IMG/VR virus record: IMGVR_UViG_3300031110_000470
Coordinates: 1-6,934 of that record
Reading direction: 5' to 3' (one strand)
Source of the DNA: a virus
Length of the DNA: 6,934 nt
Position numbers and translations under genes: made by a program. A model generated the notes under the pieces. It saw nothing but the letters and a program-made list of their open reading frames with translations. It ran no database searches and was not told where the DNA came from. The stretch's first letter is position 1; the number at the start of each line of letters is the position of its first letter. Positions 4,909 through 6,934 of this stretch are shown here, in pieces.

Positions 4909-6209
4909 TAGTTCCTCCTACCAACAATCAATGAAGCAGTAAAAAAACCCAAAGCTATGAAGAAAGTCTTCATACCAGTAGCAATTTGACAAAGATAAAC
5001 AGGACTTATATCGGTTGATATCGTATTAAAAGGTGTATGTATGTTGACCGGCATGGAAGGACATGTATTTTCACCAATAGAAACGTTTACGGTCTTTGAA
5101 GGTTTTGGAATATCTTCAATTTCAACTTCTGTATTTTCTTGTTCTTTAGATTCTTCTTTAAAATATTCTTTTGTAGCAGTCCAAGCTTGAGAAATTGAAG
5201 AAGCCCAACCTTCTGCTTTTTCTTTGCCTGTTTCCCACCATTCAGTAAGCGTAGTGGGGAAAGTAATAACAGTTTGAGCAGCCTGACAAACAGTAGGTGC
5301 CCAATTACAGAAAATAGGAAAAGTTAGTTTTAGATCAGTTGTATCGGGTTTATCAGGGTTTTTGGTTTGTTCGCCTGTAGCTTCATTGGCTTTATCAGCA
5401 GCAGCTTCATCAGCAGGTTTAGTAGTTGAAGATGCTTCTAGTTGTTGAGCAATAGGACGAGCTTTAGCTTCGTCTTTTTCAGCTTCTGCAACCATATCAG
5501 CAGCAGCAGCAGTAGTAGCAACTTGAGCTTGTTTGTCGTTAGCTTCTGCATTAGAAATTACTTTTTGAGCTACAGTAGGTAGAGGTAAAGTTTTTTCTTC
5601 ACGTTCAGCGTTTGGATCGTAAGAAGGGTTATTAATACGCGTAACTCCAGAACCGACATCACTTAAACCATCTGGAGAAAGACAAATTGCATCAGCACGA
5701 TCAGTACTAATTTTTATATTAGAAATCCCAACATAAGAAGAACCACGATAACCACGACAGGATGACTCTAAAGCCTCTTTAGCAGTAGCAAATTTATCTT
5801 GACCATGACCACCCCATAAATAACGTAAAGCAGGATTAGAAGGATCTTGAGGATCAATAAAATATTTAATCTGATTATTAGCAGGATCAAGAACCCAATC
5901 AACAGCACCTAGCAATTGTTCAACAGCTACAGATAAAGCGTAACCTGCAACACCACGCGCAAGAACTTTTGAAACAGCAGATGCAGGCGGGGTAATTTTA
6001 GCAGTACCTTTTTTGACGTAATCAGCCCCGTTAATAACTAGATTTTTTGTACCTGTGTAGACAGTAGAAGCCCCAGCAGCAATAGGATTAGACATTGTCC
6101 AACCACCAACGGCAGCATTTGCAAAGAAAGGAGTATAAACAAGACAAAAGCAGATTATTATTTTTGCTAGATTTTTAAGACTATTAGAAAAAGTATTAGA
6201 AAATAACAT
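4908..6209 (-). CDS. pIII-like adsorption / minor coat protein
   Basis: A 433-aa ORF with a signal peptide ending FFANA|A (after aa 32) and Cys-containing N-terminal domains. It has an Ala/Glu/Lys/Asp/Thr-rich low-complexity linker (about aa 225-290) and a C-terminal anchor TFFIALGFFTASLIVG followed by RRN. The position after the major coat gene fits. Confidence 0.75.
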   Translation of the reverse strand: MLFSNTFSNSLKNLAKIIICFCLVYTPFFANAAVGGWTMSNPIAAGASTVYTGTKNLVINGADYVKKGTAKITPPASAVSKVLARGVAGYALSVAVEQLLGAVDWVLDPANNQIKYFIDPQDPSNPALRYLWGGHGQDKFATAKEALESSCRGYRGSSYVGISNIKISTDRADAICLSPDGLSDVGSGVTRINNPSYDPNAEREEKTLPLPTVAQKVISNAEANDKQAQVATTAAAADMVAEAEKDEAKARPIAQQLEASSTTKPADEAAADKANEATGEQTKNPDKPDTTDLKLTFPIFCNWAPTVCQAAQTVITFPTTLTEWWETGKEKAEGWASSISQAWTATKEYFKEESKEQENTEVEIEDIPKPSKTVNVSIGENTCPSMPVNIHTPFNTISTDISPVYLCQIATGMKTFFIALGFFTASLIVGRRN

Positions 6210-6245
6210 GCTGGCTCAATCCAAAATAATACAGAAGCTTCTTCC

Positions 6246-6300
6246 ACTTCGCGCTCTCCCCGTTTTCGCGTGACCCGCGGTACGGTGAGCACGCTCGTTG
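6246..6300. other. GC-rich non-coding island between the pVIII terminator and the pIII-like gene
   Basis: 36 of 55 nt are G or C by hand count, in an otherwise AT-rich genome. It contains CCGCGG, three CGCG and the pair GCGTG...CACGC. The adjacent 10-bp palindrome AGAAGCTTCT lies at 6233-6242. Confidence 0.6.
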
Positions 6301-6304
6301 CAGT

Positions 6305-6331
6305 AAAAAAAGCCCCTGCAATGGCAAGGGC
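6305..6331 (-). terminator. Rho-independent terminator immediately after the major coat gene
   Basis: The minus-strand RNA reads GCCCUUGC-CAUU-GCAGGGGC, an 8-bp stem with one G-U pair and a 4-nt loop (6312-6331), followed by U7 (6305-6311). It starts 9 nt after the pVIII stop. Confidence 0.85.
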
Positions 6332-6339
6332 AGTTTTCA

Positions 6340-6624
6340 TTAACCACTGTTAACAGTACGTTTGCTGTAACGCCACACAAGGAAGCCAATTAAGACAATA
6401 ACTAAAAGACCGTAAATTGCTTCTTGAGAGTTTCCAACCGCTGTAATTTCACCTGTTATAGCTTCCAAAATTGTAGCTGCTAAGGCTGCATTTGCAGATT
6501 GAGTAATGGCCATAGAACCAACAACAGCAGTACCCACAGCAGCAAATGTAGGACAGTGACGTTTGAACCATGTTTTTTCATGAACTTGTTGTTCAATCTT
6601 TTCTACGTTTTGTAATTCACCCAT
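6340..6624 (-). CDS. Major coat protein precursor (pVIII-like)
   Basis: A 94-aa ORF with a GGGGA SD 6 nt upstream. The leader has KR, a hydrophobic core and ANA|A, with cleavage predicted after aa 46. The 48-aa mature part ALAATILEAITGEITAVGNSQEAIYGLLVIVLIGFLVWRYSKRTVNSG has an acidic N-terminus, a hydrophobic core and a basic C-terminus. A terminator follows, as in Ff gene VIII. Confidence 0.8.
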   Translation of the reverse strand: MGELQNVEKIEQQVHEKTWFKRHCPTFAAVGTAVVGSMAITQSANAALAATILEAITGEITAVGNSQEAIYGLLVIVLIGFLVWRYSKRTVNSG

Positions 6625-6637
6625 TGGAATTCCCCAT

Positions 6638-6826
6638 TTAGGCAGTTTTTAATAAGTAAGCTATAAGCGCATACGCAATTGCAGCAGCCATGAGCTTTAC
6701 TATTGCTAGTGAAAAATCATCTGCTTGAGATTGAGTAATTGCCATAGCGTCCCACCAATGCACGTTAGCGTTGCTTAGTGCAGTTAGACACTGATTTAAT
6801 TGTTCAGTAGTTTGATCAGTGTCCAT
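6638..6826 (-). CDS. 62-aa coat-like membrane protein (minor coat candidate or pVIII paralogue)
   Basis: It has a C-terminal TM-length segment FSLAIVKLMAAAIAYALIAYLL and sits immediately upstream of pVIII (the pVII/pIX position). It shares the MAITQS peptide and a 20-nt near-identical DNA segment with the pVIII gene. The ATG lies inside the wrap-around repeat (equivalent to window 5..3). Confidence 0.6.
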   Translation of the reverse strand: MDTDQTTEQLNQCLTALSNANVHWWDAMAITQSQADDFSLAIVKLMAAAIAYALIAYLLKTA

Positions 6827-6934
6827 TTCTTAAAATTCCTTAACCAGTGCACTTTTTATAATGACGTTGTTCTTCTTCACGATAAAAAAAGACTCGCATA
6901 CATTTTGGACATTCATAAAAAGAGAACATGGCTT
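6822..6934. repeat. Terminal direct repeat, copy 2 (identical to 1..113)
   Basis: See copy 1. Confidence 0.9.
6840..6929 (-). CDS. Second window copy of the 29-aa C2HC zinc-finger-like ORF (same gene as 19..108)
   Basis: It lies within the wrap-around repeat, and its coordinates equal 19..108 plus 6821. Confidence 0.45.
   Translation of the reverse strand: MFSFYECPKCMRVFFYREEEQRHYKKCTG

Larger units (their letters stand above)
1..6821 (-). mobile_element. Complete circular inovirus-like (filamentous ssDNA phage) genome unit, about 6,821 bp
   Basis: The terminal 113-bp identity gives the unit length. It carries Rep, a gV-position ORF, small coat-like ORFs, pVIII-like, pIII-like, pVI-like and Zot/pI-like genes in canonical inovirus order on one strand, with very short or overlapping gene junctions. 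Confidence 0.85.

Noticed and set aside
5498-5520. Trinucleotide run cagcagcagcagcagtagtagca as a possible slippage or phase-variation tract
   Set aside because: There are only four to five units. It encodes the ATTAAAAD part of the low-complexity linker, and in-frame slippage would merely change linker length.
6246-6300. GC-rich island as a tRNA 3' fragment (tRNA-type attP)
   Set aside because: I could find no T-loop-like GGTTCGAATCC or GTTCAAATC motif, and no acceptor-stem/CCA arrangement, on either strand.
1-6934. CRISPR arrays, tRNA/rRNA genes, IS elements or integrase/transposase genes
   Set aside because: There are no repeat-spacer periodicity, no cloverleaf-compatible GC-rich segments, no terminal inverted repeats, and no ORF left unassigned that is long enough for a recombinase.

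Overview
The window is one complete circular replicon of about 6,821 bp plus a 113-bp wrap-around, since bases 1-113 are identical to 6822-6934. It is AT-rich and tightly packed, and its gene content is that of a filamentous ssDNA phage (inovirus-like). All genes but one lie on the minus strand, so the packaged or sense strand is inferred to be the window minus strand. Read along the minus strand, the order starts with a 53-aa ribbon-helix-helix (RHH) protein behind a perfect 13-bp inverted-repeat operator, then a hairpin plus 8-bp iterons, then an HUH rolling-circle Rep (pC194/phiX174-like motifs). Next comes a switch region with a TTGACA promoter, three 8-bp iterons, a 13-bp palindrome and an AACTTGAT nick-site-like motif. 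After it come a gV-position 77-aa protein, a 29-aa zinc-finger-like ORF, a 62-aa coat-like membrane protein and the pVIII-like major coat precursor with a strong intrinsic terminator. A GC-rich island follows, then the pIII-like adsorption protein, a pVI-like protein and a Zot/pI assembly ATPase. The circle closes with a coupled 118-aa membrane protein and an accessory stretch of three unlisted mini-ORFs (57-aa zinc-finger-like, 34-aa and 31-aa hydrophobic). The only plus-strand gene (484-672) is a CopG-like RHH protein that converges on the rep 3' end and is a candidate immunity repressor. I found no secretin (pIV), integrase, transposase, tRNA, rRNA or CRISPR. The host cannot be assigned from the sequence. 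All family assignments rest on motifs read by eye, not on database searches.
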